Shown here in pieces: positions 39,055 through 48,695 of a stretch of 64,000 nt of DNA. The stretch is from Phototrophicaceae bacterium (GTDB lineage: Bacteria; Chloroflexota; Anaerolineae; Aggregatilineales; Phototrophicaceae): the NCBI GenBank assembly GCA_965261855.1, contig OZ253488.1:2873388-2937387 (forward strand), written 5' to 3'. The stretch's first letter is position 1. Each line of letters opens with the position of its first letter. A model generated the notes under the pieces. It did no database searches. It had not been told where the DNA came from and was given only the letters and a program-made list of their open reading frames with translations. Both the position numbers and the translations under genes were made by a program.

Positions 39055-40593
39055 TCAAGCAATGCTCACCATTCCCACCAAGTTGGTCGCCAACGGATAG
39101 AAAATGCCGAAGATCATCGTGCCCGCCAGCGCAATATTGATCGCCCAGCGCACGTAAGGCGTTTCCAGCGCCGGCGCCGCATCAACCTCGCTGTCGCGCA
39201 GGTACATATTGACCACCACGCGCACATAATAAAATGCGCTGACGACGCTGGTCAGTACGCCGATCACCGCCAGTCCAAACAAGCCCGCCTGTATCGCCGA
39301 AGAAAATATCATGAACTTGCCGACGAAACCGGCCGTCAGCGGGATGCCGGTCAAGCTGAGCATGAAGATGGTCATCGCCATCGCCATCAGCGGCCGCGTC
39401 CTCGCCAGCCCGGTGATGTCATCGATATTGCCGCCGCTGCCATCCTCGCGCTCAATCGCCATGACCACTGCAAAGGCGCCGAGATTGGTGAACATATACG
39501 CCATCATATACACCAGCGCGCTCTGCGTCGCCGCGTCCGCGACCTCGGCTGCGCCGGCTGCTGCCACCGCAACCATGATATAACCGGCATGCGCGATGGA
39601 TGAATACGCTAGCATGCGCTTCAGATTGCGCTGCGATATCGCCACAAAGTTGCCAAACACCAAGGTCAAAATAGCAATTATCGTCGTCGTCGATTGCCAG
39701 GCGGCTGCTTCGCCCTCGGCCATCACCAAAACCGACAGACCCGTAATCAGCACGCGCAGCAGCGCCGCGAAACCGCCCACCTTGGCGGTTACGCTCATGA
39801 AAGCGGTGACCGGCGTCGGCGCCCCTTCATAAACATCCGGCGTCCACATATGGAAAGGCACCACCGCCACTTTGAATCCCAAACCGACCACGAGCAGCGC
39901 CGCGCCAATCAGCAGATAGAAAGCTGCCGCCGATGTTCCGCCAACGATCCCGTCGGCCATGCTGAAGATCTGCGGAATATTCGTCGTGCCGGTCGCGCCG
40001 TACACCAGCGCCGCGCCGAAAACCAGAAAGGCGCTGGAAAAGGCGCCCAGGATGAAATACTTCATGCCGCTTTCTTCGGATTTCAGCGACAATTCGCTGC
40101 CATCGTTCTTTATCGAGCGGAAAGCCGCCAATATATACAGAGGGATGCTCAGCAGCTCGAGGGCGACGAAGATGATGATCAAGTCGTTGGCAGCAACCAT
40201 GAACATGGCGCCAGCCGACGAGATCAACGCCAGAATATAGAACTCGCCGCGATGGATATCGGCGCGGTTGAGATAATCCCAACTCATCAACACCGCGATC
40301 AATGTGGCGACCAGAATCACCATATTCAGGAAACCGGTGAAGGCATCAGCGATGAACATGCCATAAAGCGCGATCTGTTCGCTTTCGGCTGGCGAGTACA
40401 CAAATACATTCGCCACAAAACTGATGCCCAAGCCTATGCAAGCCGCAACCGGCGTCCAGTGCGCCCGCCCTTCCCCGGCGAAGAGATCAATCAGGACCAG
40501 AATCAGCGTCCAGGTCAACAGCAAAGTGCCAGGCAGCGTCGAGCCAAGGTTGGATTGCGCCAGGAATTCCGCAATTGTGGGCGATTCGAACAT
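39055..40593 (-). CDS. nuoN: NADH-quinone oxidoreductase subunit N
   Basis: 512-aa antiporter-like polytopic protein; last gene of the nuo cluster. Confidence 0.9.
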   Translation of the reverse strand: MFESPTIAEFLAQSNLGSTLPGTLLLTWTLILVLIDLFAGEGRAHWTPVAACIGLGISFVANVFVYSPAESEQIALYGMFIADAFTGFLNMVILVATLIAVLMSWDYLNRADIHRGEFYILALISSAGAMFMVAANDLIIIFVALELLSIPLYILAAFRSIKNDGSELSLKSEESGMKYFILGAFSSAFLVFGAALVYGATGTTNIPQIFSMADGIVGGTSAAAFYLLIGAALLVVGLGFKVAVVPFHMWTPDVYEGAPTPVTAFMSVTAKVGGFAALLRVLITGLSVLVMAEGEAAAWQSTTTIIAILTLVFGNFVAISQRNLKRMLAYSSIAHAGYIMVAVAAAGAAEVADAATQSALVYMMAYMFTNLGAFAVVMAIEREDGSGGNIDDITGLARTRPLMAMAMTIFMLSLTGIPLTAGFVGKFMIFSSAIQAGLFGLAVIGVLTSVVSAFYYVRVVVNMYLRDSEVDAAPALETPYVRWAINIALAGTMIFGIFYPLATNLVGMVSIA

Positions 40594-40601
40594 CTTCTCT
40601 C

Positions 40602-42209
40602 CTAGCGAACGAAAAGCGCGACGATGCTATCCACCGACACATCAAGCATATTGAAGAAAACGATCGGCTGTATGCCCATCCAGAAGATCATGATGATGAT
40701 CGGAATGAAAGCCGCTTTCTCGCTCCAGCTGAGCTTGTAACCCTCTTCGCTGCTCAGGGGCTTCTTCAGCTCGCCCATGAATACATGCTGGAACATTTTC
40801 AGCAGATAAACCGCCGCCATGATAACGCCCAACGTGGCGAAGAGCGTAAAGGCGAAGCCCAAATAATCGCTGCCCAGCGAGCCGAGCAAAATCGTGAACT
40901 CGCCGATGAAGCCGTTTAATCCGGGCAAGCCCATGCTGCTGAGCGAAATCACCAAACTGATCGCGCCGAAGAGCGGCATCACCTTCCAAACGCCGCCGTA
41001 CTCGGCCATTTCTTTTGTGTGCCAGCGTTCGTAGAGCATGCCTACAATCAAGAACAAGCCGCCGGTGCTGATGCCGTGATTGACCATTTGCAAGGTCGCG
41101 CCCTGCAAGCCCTGCGCATTCAGGGCAAATATGCCCACCACCACAAATCCAAGGTGGCTGACCGACGAATAAGCGACCAGCTTCTTGACGTTGTCCTGCG
41201 CATAACTGACCCAGGCGCCATAAATGATGCCGACAACGCCGAGGAAGGCGATGGTCGGCGCCCAGGCCACGGTCGCCTCGGGAAATAAATTCAGGTTGAA
41301 GCGCACGATGCCATAAGTGCCCATCTTTAGCAGCACACCGGCCAGGATCACTGAGCCGGCTGTCGGCGCCTGCACATGCGCGTCAGGCAGCCAGCTGTGG
41401 AAGGGGAAGATCGGAACCTTAATCGCGAAGGCAACCAGGAATCCCAGGAAGAGCCAGCTCTCCACCGAATTGAGCAGGAAGCCCGCCTCCTCGCCCTCCG
41501 CTTCCGGATCGGCCGCATCCCAATAGGTGCCTTCGCCTTCCCAGGTTTGCACGCGCTCAATCACGCCGATATCGCCGCCGGCGCTATAAGTGCTGAAGGT
41601 ACCTGAGCGATTGCCGACATAAAGAATCGCAATCAGCATCAAGATGGAGCCGGCCATCGTATACAGGAAGAACTTGACCGCGGCGTATATGCGCTCTTCC
41701 GAACCCCAGATGCCAATCAGGAAATACATCGGCACCAGCGTAACTTCCCAGAAGACATAGAAAATGATCAGGTCATGTACGACGAAAACCCCGATCATCG
41801 ACCATTCCAGCAGCATCAAGAAAATGTAATAGAGCTTTTCCCGTCCGCGCTCCTCAAAGATATGACTGCCGAATGAGCCCAAAATCGAGATCGGCATAAT
41901 AAACGTTGTCAGCAGCACCAAGAGCATGCTGATGCCATCTACGCCGACAAAATAGCTAACATTGATCACCGACTCACCCAGCGAAACTTCCGCCCAGGTG
42001 TTTCGCTGCACCATTTGCAGCCCGGCGCTGCTCGGATCGAAATTGATCCACATCAACACGGAAGCGACAAAAGTGACGATGCTGGTCGCGAAGGCAACCC
42101 ACTTTAGATTCGCCTTTTGCGTCTCGCCATTCATAAACAGCAAAATGGCGAGGCCAACCATGGGCAGGAACAAAGTGATCGTTGTGAGCGAGAGTCCAGT
42201 TACATCCAT
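40602..42209 (-). CDS. nuoM: NADH-quinone oxidoreductase subunit M
   Basis: 535 aa, antiporter-like, WLPDAHVQAPTAGSVILAGVLLKMG block. Confidence 0.92.
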   Translation of the reverse strand: MDVTGLSLTTITLFLPMVGLAILLFMNGETQKANLKWVAFATSIVTFVASVLMWINFDPSSAGLQMVQRNTWAEVSLGESVINVSYFVGVDGISMLLVLLTTFIMPISILGSFGSHIFEERGREKLYYIFLMLLEWSMIGVFVVHDLIIFYVFWEVTLVPMYFLIGIWGSEERIYAAVKFFLYTMAGSILMLIAILYVGNRSGTFSTYSAGGDIGVIERVQTWEGEGTYWDAADPEAEGEEAGFLLNSVESWLFLGFLVAFAIKVPIFPFHSWLPDAHVQAPTAGSVILAGVLLKMGTYGIVRFNLNLFPEATVAWAPTIAFLGVVGIIYGAWVSYAQDNVKKLVAYSSVSHLGFVVVGIFALNAQGLQGATLQMVNHGISTGGLFLIVGMLYERWHTKEMAEYGGVWKVMPLFGAISLVISLSSMGLPGLNGFIGEFTILLGSLGSDYLGFAFTLFATLGVIMAAVYLLKMFQHVFMGELKKPLSSEEGYKLSWSEKAAFIPIIIMIFWMGIQPIVFFNMLDVSVDSIVALFVR

Positions 42210-42224
42210 AGGACTGCGTTCTCC

Positions 42225-44705
42225 TTAAGAGCCGCCGGCGAGCAGCATCTGAACAAAGGGATAGATCATGAGCGTAATGACAGCCACGACGCCGATGAAG
42301 AGCACCACCGCATACATCCGCACGTAGCCCGTCTGCGAGCGCCGCATCCACTCGGCCGCCCGCTGCACAAACGCGCCAACGCCGTTGACCGCGCCATCGA
42401 CGATACCAAGATCGAAAGGTCTGCCGAGCAATTCAGCAATCGTGTCGAAGCCGCGCTTGATTATGCTGTCGTGGAAATAATCGTGTAGGAAATCCTGGTC
42501 GATACGATCGGCAAGAAATTCCCCAAGACGATTAAACGGTTGCTCAATCAGGGCCGCATAAAATTCGTCCCAGTATAGTCGCGCGTTCGCCAATCGGAAT
42601 ATGGGACGGGAAGCGCCGCCCGCCTCCAGCAGATCGCGATTGCCGCTCGCCAGCCCCTTGCCCTTATAGACACGGTTGGCGACCAAAATCGATACGATGC
42701 CCAGCGCCAAAGCAATGCCAGCGATTGAGAGGTTGAAGTCCAGCACATGCCCGCGCGACACGCTGATCAGGCTGTGCTCCAAAAAATGCTTGAATTCGTA
42801 GGGGTGGTAAATCCCATCAAAGATCGGTGTCGCTTGCGGCACATTGATGAAACCAATGATGAGCGTGAATACCGCCAAAATCAGCAGCGGCAGCAGCATC
42901 GCCCCATTACTCTCCGGCGCTTGTTCAGCCGCTTCGCTGCGTGGCTGATCCAGGAAGACCAGCACAATCTGCCGCCACATATAAAATGCCGTGAACGCGG
43001 CCGCGACCAGCAATACGCCAAAGGCGAAGAAGCCGCTCAATTCATTTAGTTCGAAACCTTCGTACCAGGCATCGGCGAGAATCTCGTCCTTCGACCAGAA
43101 TCCAGCGAAGGGGAAAATCCCAGCTAGCGCCAGCGTGCCAATCAAATAAGTGATATAGGTGATGGGCATCCGCTTGCGCAAGCCGCCCATATTGCGCATA
43201 TCCTGCGCGTCAAATTCTTCACCATCTTCGTGCTGATGCTCATCGTCGTGGCTGTGCCCATGTTCATGCGCGTGATGATGACCGTGCTCAACACCGTGAA
43301 TAACTGAGCCGCTGCCGAGGAAGAGCAGCGCCTTGAATACCGCGTGCGTGACCAGGTGGAACATCGCCGCGACATACGCGCCAATGCCGACCGCCGCCAC
43401 CATGAATCCTAGCTGCGAAATCGTCGAATACGCCAGCACCCGCTTGATATCCCACTGGCCCAGCGCGATATAACCGGCCATCAACGCTGTGCCCGCCCCT
43501 ACCAGCGTGATGACCAGCCCAATGACATAACCGCCGTGATTCAATTCCCATAAGAAAACGTTGGAGCGCACCAATATGAAGACGCCGGCGGTGACCATCG
43601 TCGCCGCGTGTATCAAAGCGCTGACCGGCGTCGGACCAGCCATCGCATCCGGCAGCCAGACAAATAGTGGAATCTGCGCTGACTTGCCAGTGACGCCGAG
43701 CAGAATGAACAAAGCGATCAACAAGATGACATCATCGAACGCCATCTGGAAGCTGCCGAAGTCGACCGTTTCGCCTGTTCCGAAGCGCTCGGTTGTCTGC
43801 CCGAACACGCCGAGGAGCGCGATATCAAAATGATCATTGTTGCAATAAATCGCGCGGATGTCGCCCGCCAGCGGATTCGGCGCGCCGTACTCGTCATCCG
43901 CATGCGCGTCCGCTGTTTCGTCGTCGCCTGCCGGGACACACTTGTACGCCTTTTCATGCCCATCGCCAGCGGCGTCCTTGTCCGTTTCTTCCTTATCTTC
44001 CAGCAGGTCGTTGTGCTCGCGCCAATGCACCAGGTATTTCGCCTCGGTATTGGGCAGCTCGCCCGCCCGGTGGAAATCCAGCGTGCCGAAGGTCCAGAAG
44101 ATGAGAAACATCGCCATCAGCAAGCCGAAATCGCCGATGCGATTGACGATGAAAGCCTTGCGCGCCGCATTGCTATTCTTCCAGCCTTCGGGCGCTTTCT
44201 TGTCCCACCAGAATCCAATGAGCAAGAACGAACAAAGCCCGACGCCCTCCCAGCCGACGAAGAGCATCAGGAAATTATTGCCCGTCACCAAGATGAGCAT
44301 GAAAGCCAGGAACATATTCAAATAGGCGAAGAAGCGCGGATACCATTTGTCGCCGTGCATATAGCCGCGGGCATATAGATGGATAAGCGAGCCGACGCCG
44401 GTCACCACTAGCATCATCGTCACGCTCAGCGAGTCGACGCGCTGCTGCCAGGAAATATCAAGTCCGATGGATTCAATCCGCAGCCAGCCATCGACAAAGG
44501 GCGGATTGACGACCGCCGCCGCGCCGTTGGTGCCCGTCACATAAGTCAAAAGAAGCAATGAAACAATGAAAGCAACGATAGAAGCGAAGCAGCCGATATA
44601 ACCCGACCACTTCTCCTCGATTTTGGCGCCGAAGAAGAAGTTGATAAATGCGCCCAATGCCGGCACAAGTATCACAAGGGGAACCAGAAGCGGGAGGTTT
44701 TCCAT
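42225..44705 (-). CDS. nuoL: NADH-quinone oxidoreductase subunit L (826 aa, enlarged)
   Basis: GKSAQIPLFVWLPDAMAGPTPVSALIHAATMV block plus long C-terminal lateral-helix region. Carries two insertions (see findings). Confidence 0.92.
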   Translation of the reverse strand: MENLPLLVPLVILVPALGAFINFFFGAKIEEKWSGYIGCFASIVAFIVSLLLLTYVTGTNGAAAVVNPPFVDGWLRIESIGLDISWQQRVDSLSVTMMLVVTGVGSLIHLYARGYMHGDKWYPRFFAYLNMFLAFMLILVTGNNFLMLFVGWEGVGLCSFLLIGFWWDKKAPEGWKNSNAARKAFIVNRIGDFGLLMAMFLIFWTFGTLDFHRAGELPNTEAKYLVHWREHNDLLEDKEETDKDAAGDGHEKAYKCVPAGDDETADAHADDEYGAPNPLAGDIRAIYCNNDHFDIALLGVFGQTTERFGTGETVDFGSFQMAFDDVILLIALFILLGVTGKSAQIPLFVWLPDAMAGPTPVSALIHAATMVTAGVFILVRSNVFLWELNHGGYVIGLVITLVGAGTALMAGYIALGQWDIKRVLAYSTISQLGFMVAAVGIGAYVAAMFHLVTHAVFKALLFLGSGSVIHGVEHGHHHAHEHGHSHDDEHQHEDGEEFDAQDMRNMGGLRKRMPITYITYLIGTLALAGIFPFAGFWSKDEILADAWYEGFELNELSGFFAFGVLLVAAAFTAFYMWRQIVLVFLDQPRSEAAEQAPESNGAMLLPLLILAVFTLIIGFINVPQATPIFDGIYHPYEFKHFLEHSLISVSRGHVLDFNLSIAGIALALGIVSILVANRVYKGKGLASGNRDLLEAGGASRPIFRLANARLYWDEFYAALIEQPFNRLGEFLADRIDQDFLHDYFHDSIIKRGFDTIAELLGRPFDLGIVDGAVNGVGAFVQRAAEWMRRSQTGYVRMYAVVLFIGVVAVITLMIYPFVQMLLAGGS

Positions 44706-44734
44706 TAGCTAGAGCCTCTTCCGACGGCCTACGC

Positions 44735-45043
44735 TCAGCCTTGCATCTGCTGCAAGTCGTCAATATTAATGCTCTGGCGCTCGCGGAATATATTCACGAT
44801 CAGCGCCAAGCCCACTGCCACTTCCGCCGCGGCTACGGTCATCACAAAGAAAACAAAGACATGCCCATTCACCTGACCCCACTCGCGCGCAAAGGCAACC
44901 AGCGCCAGATTCGCCGAATTCAGCATCAGCTCCACCGACATGAAGACCAGGATGGCGTTCCGCCGCATGAGCACACCCAGCGCCCCCAGCAGAAAAAGCA
45001 CCATACTCAAGACGATATAGGGCTCGGCGCCAATCGGATTCAT
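44735..45043 (-). CDS. nuoK: NADH-quinone oxidoreductase subunit K
   Basis: 102 aa, three TM helices, [13 protein letters not shown] block. Confidence 0.93.
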   Translation of the reverse strand: MNPIGAEPYIVLSMVLFLLGALGVLMRRNAILVFMSVELMLNSANLALVAFAREWGQVNGHVFVFFVMTVAAAEVAVGLALIVNIFRERQSINIDDLQQMQG

Positions 45044-45061
45044 CGTCTTTTACTCCCGCGG

Positions 45062-46450
45062 CTACTGGTCTGCGCCATCATCGGACCCGCCGGTAAGCTT
45101 CGCCATATATTCACCGCTTAAAACATCGGCGCCCGTCTGCTGCGAAATCACGCTGACCAACGGCCGGTTGACCCGGCGGCGGCGATTGATGCGGCGGCGC
45201 TCCGCCTGCGCCAGCGCATCAGGCCGCGCCAGCACGATCACGCCAATGAGCGCCACCAGCAGCAGCATGCCCACCAACATCACCGGCAGCACATATTCGA
45301 TGAACAAGACCTGCCCCACCGATTCGGGACTGCCAAATGCGGGCGCGCCCAAAGCGGTAAAGACCGCGGCGCGATAACTCGGCTGGCTGCCCGGTACCCC
45401 CGGCTCGCGCGCCAGCACTCGCGTCTCAATCAGCCCGCGCTCGGCTTGGTAGTCGGCCAATGTACGCAAGATATTTTGCTCTTGATCGACGAAAGCCAGG
45501 TTGTATGTGCCTTCATCAAGGGCGATGCTGCTATGATCGCCCGCCGGCAACTGATCAATCAGCGGGCGATGCGGGATCAAACCGGTGCAGGCAGCGTCAT
45601 CGCAAAGCGAGCGCCGCGCACTGTATTGCCCCACATTGACTAGCGACACCTGCCGGTCCGTCACCGCGTTGAAAAGCGTCAAGCGCATTGTGCCAACATC
45701 CGGCGCGCTGATGTCATCCTCCAGCACCGTCACATCAACCAATCCCTCTTCGTTTTCAAAGACAACCACAGAGTGAGCGGAATCCGGCGGCAAAACCAAA
45801 TCTTTTGTGAAGACCGGTCCCGATACATAGCTGCCGTCATCGACGCCCACCACGACCGTATAGGCGCCCGCCTCAAGCTCGCTGTACCCGCCTGTCGCTT
45901 CGCGCGAGTCCCTGTAGACCACCGAATCGATTCGCCTGTCCGCCATCGACTCATCGACCGCGTCCAGTAAGACATTAGCGCTGACCGTGCCAACCAGCGG
46001 CATCGCAAAGCCCATTTCCATCACGGTGAACTCTTCCGCATCGCCGCCCGGAATCGCATTGATGACCCGCAACTGCGCCCGCGCATCCTGCGGCGCCGCC
46101 ACATCGTCAGCCAACATATCCGATGCAATCGGGAAGGCGAAGATCAACAGCAGCAAGATCGCAACTGCCGAACCAGCCAGCCCCAGCCAGCGCATCCGCC
46201 CCGAGGTATCGGTCGTCGTTTCCGCGCCAAGCAGCATGATGACAAAGAGAAAGAGCACCATGATCGCGCCCGTGTAAACCGTCACCTGCACCATTGCCAA
46301 AAAGGGCGCGTCCAGCATCAGGTAAAGGAAAGCGACGCAGCCAAAGTTGACGATCAGGAAGAGCGCGCTGTGCACCGCGTTTTGCCGCGTAAGCATCATG
46401 CCGGCCGCCAGCACCGCCACAAAGCTAACAGCCAGGAACAACCATTCCAT
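45062..46450 (-). CDS. nuoJ: NADH-quinone oxidoreductase subunit J with ~260-aa soluble insertion (462 aa)
   Basis: N-terminal NuoJ TM1-4 (NAVHSALFLIVNFGCVAFLYL...VYTGAIMVLFLFVIM) and C-terminal TM5 block (GQVLFIEYVLPVMLVGMLLLVALIG) are separated by a non-membrane segment. Confidence 0.85.
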   Translation of the reverse strand: MEWLFLAVSFVAVLAAGMMLTRQNAVHSALFLIVNFGCVAFLYLMLDAPFLAMVQVTVYTGAIMVLFLFVIMLLGAETTTDTSGRMRWLGLAGSAVAILLLLIFAFPIASDMLADDVAAPQDARAQLRVINAIPGGDAEEFTVMEMGFAMPLVGTVSANVLLDAVDESMADRRIDSVVYRDSREATGGYSELEAGAYTVVVGVDDGSYVSGPVFTKDLVLPPDSAHSVVVFENEEGLVDVTVLEDDISAPDVGTMRLTLFNAVTDRQVSLVNVGQYSARRSLCDDAACTGLIPHRPLIDQLPAGDHSSIALDEGTYNLAFVDQEQNILRTLADYQAERGLIETRVLAREPGVPGSQPSYRAAVFTALGAPAFGSPESVGQVLFIEYVLPVMLVGMLLLVALIGVIVLARPDALAQAERRRINRRRRVNRPLVSVISQQTGADVLSGEYMAKLTGGSDDGADQ

Positions 46451-46483
46451 ACAGTCTAATTCCCGCTAAGAATCAGATTGTGC

Positions 46484-46512
46484 ATTTTAGCACAATGTTC
46501 ATTTCGCTTCAA
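46484..46512 (-). promoter_or_regulatory. Candidate internal promoter before nuoJ
   Basis: Minus strand TTGAAG-17 nt-TAAAAT with TGc extended -10, in a 95-nt AT-richer spacer. Overlaps the ATTGTGC/GCACAAT hairpin. Confidence 0.3.
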
Positions 46513-46545
46513 TTTGCATTCGCCGCAATGTCCCGCCAGCCGCCG

Positions 46546-47040
46546 CTAGGCCGGGTCTTCCATATCCGGTATCGAGCGATCGAATGCGCCCGGCTTGACT
46601 TCCTGCGGTGTATCAGCCGCGCCTTCCTGCGGCGGATCGATCAGCATGTCTTTTGTATAAATCGCATCGCGCCGATCAGTGAACGACATCTGATGCTCGT
46701 GGCCCAGTTGAATCGCTTCGGTCGGGCAGGCATCTTCGCAATAGCCGCAAAAGATGCAGCGCAGCATGTTGATCTCGTAGGTCTTGGCATAGCGTTCGCC
46801 GGGGCTGTAGCGTTCTTCATCGGTGTTTTCCGCCGCCTCCACCCAGATGGCGTCGGCTGGGCAGGCAGCCGCGCAGAGCGAACAGCCGATGCACTTCTCC
46901 AGGCCGTTTTCATAGCGGCGCAGGTGATGCCGCCCTTTGTATCGATCATGGAATCTCTGCACCTGTTCCGGATACTGCACCGTTACCGCGTCATCCATGA
47001 GATGCTTCAAGGTAGTTTGGAAACCTTTGATGACGTTCAT
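46546..47040 (-). CDS. nuoI: NADH-quinone oxidoreductase subunit I
   Basis: Two 4Fe-4S motifs CIGCSLCAAACP and CIFCGYCEDACP. Confidence 0.95.
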   Translation of the reverse strand: MNVIKGFQTTLKHLMDDAVTVQYPEQVQRFHDRYKGRHHLRRYENGLEKCIGCSLCAAACPADAIWVEAAENTDEERYSPGERYAKTYEINMLRCIFCGYCEDACPTEAIQLGHEHQMSFTDRRDAIYTKDMLIDPPQEGAADTPQEVKPGAFDRSIPDMEDPA

Positions 47041-47102
47041 TATTCTTTCCTCATATCCATGTCTGCCGGACGGATAAGGTCGCCGTAAAGTCGGGCATTT
47101 CG

Positions 47103-48677
47103 CTATTCGCCGCCTGCCGTCTTGATGGCGGTCTCGCCGCTCTCCATGATGCGGTCTTCTTCCGGCGTCCGCCCGAAGCTCGCCATGCCTTCAAGCGCCC
47201 TCACTTGAAAGCGAATTTGCGCTAAGGGAATTGCAATCAACATGCCGACTACATGCACCAGCGCCCAGCCCAAGCCGCGCCGCTCGCCCGTATACGCCGG
47301 ATCATCCTCCAGCGGAATCGCCTCTTCGCTATCCCGCTCACGACTCATCCGCCGCAGCGCCACCGCGCCAATCAACAGCGCGACGACGAAGACTGCGCCG
47401 GAAATGAAGGGATATGCCGTGCCGCCCAAGGCATCGCCAACCACAATCGCTACCGCCGTCCAAGCCACCGCCAGCAGCGCCAGCGGGATCATCACCTTCC
47501 AGCCGAATTGCATCAAGCGGTCATAGCGAATCCGCGGCAAGGTCGCTCGAATCCAAATCATGCCGCAAAGCACCAAGACCACCTTGATGATGAAGATCAG
47601 CGGCGCCAGTATCGGCAAACCATCCATCGGCCACAGATGATAGCCGCCGAAGAATACCGCCACCGCCACCAGGCTCACCGCGATCATCCCGAGATACTCC
47701 GCCATCATGAAGAGAGCGAATTTCATCCCGCTGTATTCGGTCATATAACCTTGCGTCAACTCCTGCTCGGCTTCCGTCAGGTCAAAGGGCGCGCGATTGG
47801 TCTCCGCCAGCAGCGCCAGGATCAAAACAGCCGCCGCCAAGGGATTTTGAAAGACAAACCAATCCCAAATATTGCGCTGCGCGTCAATGATATCGCCAAC
47901 GGACATGCTGCCGACTATCATGACCGGAATCGCCAGCGTCAAGGCGAAACTGAGCTCATAACTGATCATCTGCGCCGAGGCGCGCAATGCCCCCAGCATG
48001 GCGTATTTGTTATCGCTCGACCAGCCGGCCAGCACAACGCCATAAGTGGCGATGCTGGTGATGGCAATCACCCACAGGATGCCCACATTGGAATCGACCA
48101 AGCCCTGCGGCACTTGGAACCAGACATCGCCCAGCGATGGCGCGAACCAAGGCAAGACCAGATCGGGTCCCATCGGGATCACCGCCGCGATCATCAGGAT
48201 GGGCACAACCTTGATCATCGGCGCCAGTCGGAAGACCCATTTGTCGGCGCCAGCCGGGATCAAATCTTCTTTGAAAACCAGCTTCACGCCATCGGCCGCC
48301 GGCTGCAAGAAACCCTGCGGCCCAATGCGGTTGGGTCCCACCCGATGCTGCAGAAAAGCCAGCAAACGCCGCTCCAGCAAGGTGCAATATGCGAAGCCGG
48401 TAACGATGACAAAGGCGAAACCAGCGGCAAATATAATCGGCCATAGCGCCGAGCAGCCGGCATCGTCTTGGCACCACACCACATTCTGCACGCGCGCTTC
48501 CGGATTGAGCAGCATGCCGATTGCGCCCTGACGTCCGTCCAGGTTGAGCGTATCGTCAAATCCGATCCAGCTAGCGATCGCGCTAAAATTGGCGATGACG
48601 AGCGCCGCCGCTACTATCGTGGTAACCAGCCCCCCCAGGACGACGACAGCAATGGCGATCTTCAGATTACGGCTCAT
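47103..48677 (-). CDS. nuoH: NADH-quinone oxidoreductase subunit H (524 aa, extended at both ends)
   Basis: LLERRLLAFLQHRVGPNRIGPQGFLQPAADGVKL and EAEQELTQGYMTEYSGMKFALF blocks. Confidence 0.92.
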   Translation of the reverse strand: MSRNLKIAIAVVVLGGLVTTIVAAALVIANFSAIASWIGFDDTLNLDGRQGAIGMLLNPEARVQNVVWCQDDAGCSALWPIIFAAGFAFVIVTGFAYCTLLERRLLAFLQHRVGPNRIGPQGFLQPAADGVKLVFKEDLIPAGADKWVFRLAPMIKVVPILMIAAVIPMGPDLVLPWFAPSLGDVWFQVPQGLVDSNVGILWVIAITSIATYGVVLAGWSSDNKYAMLGALRASAQMISYELSFALTLAIPVMIVGSMSVGDIIDAQRNIWDWFVFQNPLAAAVLILALLAETNRAPFDLTEAEQELTQGYMTEYSGMKFALFMMAEYLGMIAVSLVAVAVFFGGYHLWPMDGLPILAPLIFIIKVVLVLCGMIWIRATLPRIRYDRLMQFGWKVMIPLALLAVAWTAVAIVVGDALGGTAYPFISGAVFVVALLIGAVALRRMSRERDSEEAIPLEDDPAYTGERRGLGWALVHVVGMLIAIPLAQIRFQVRALEGMASFGRTPEEDRIMESGETAIKTAGGE

Positions 48678-48695
48678 ACCTTGTTTCCTTTGTCG

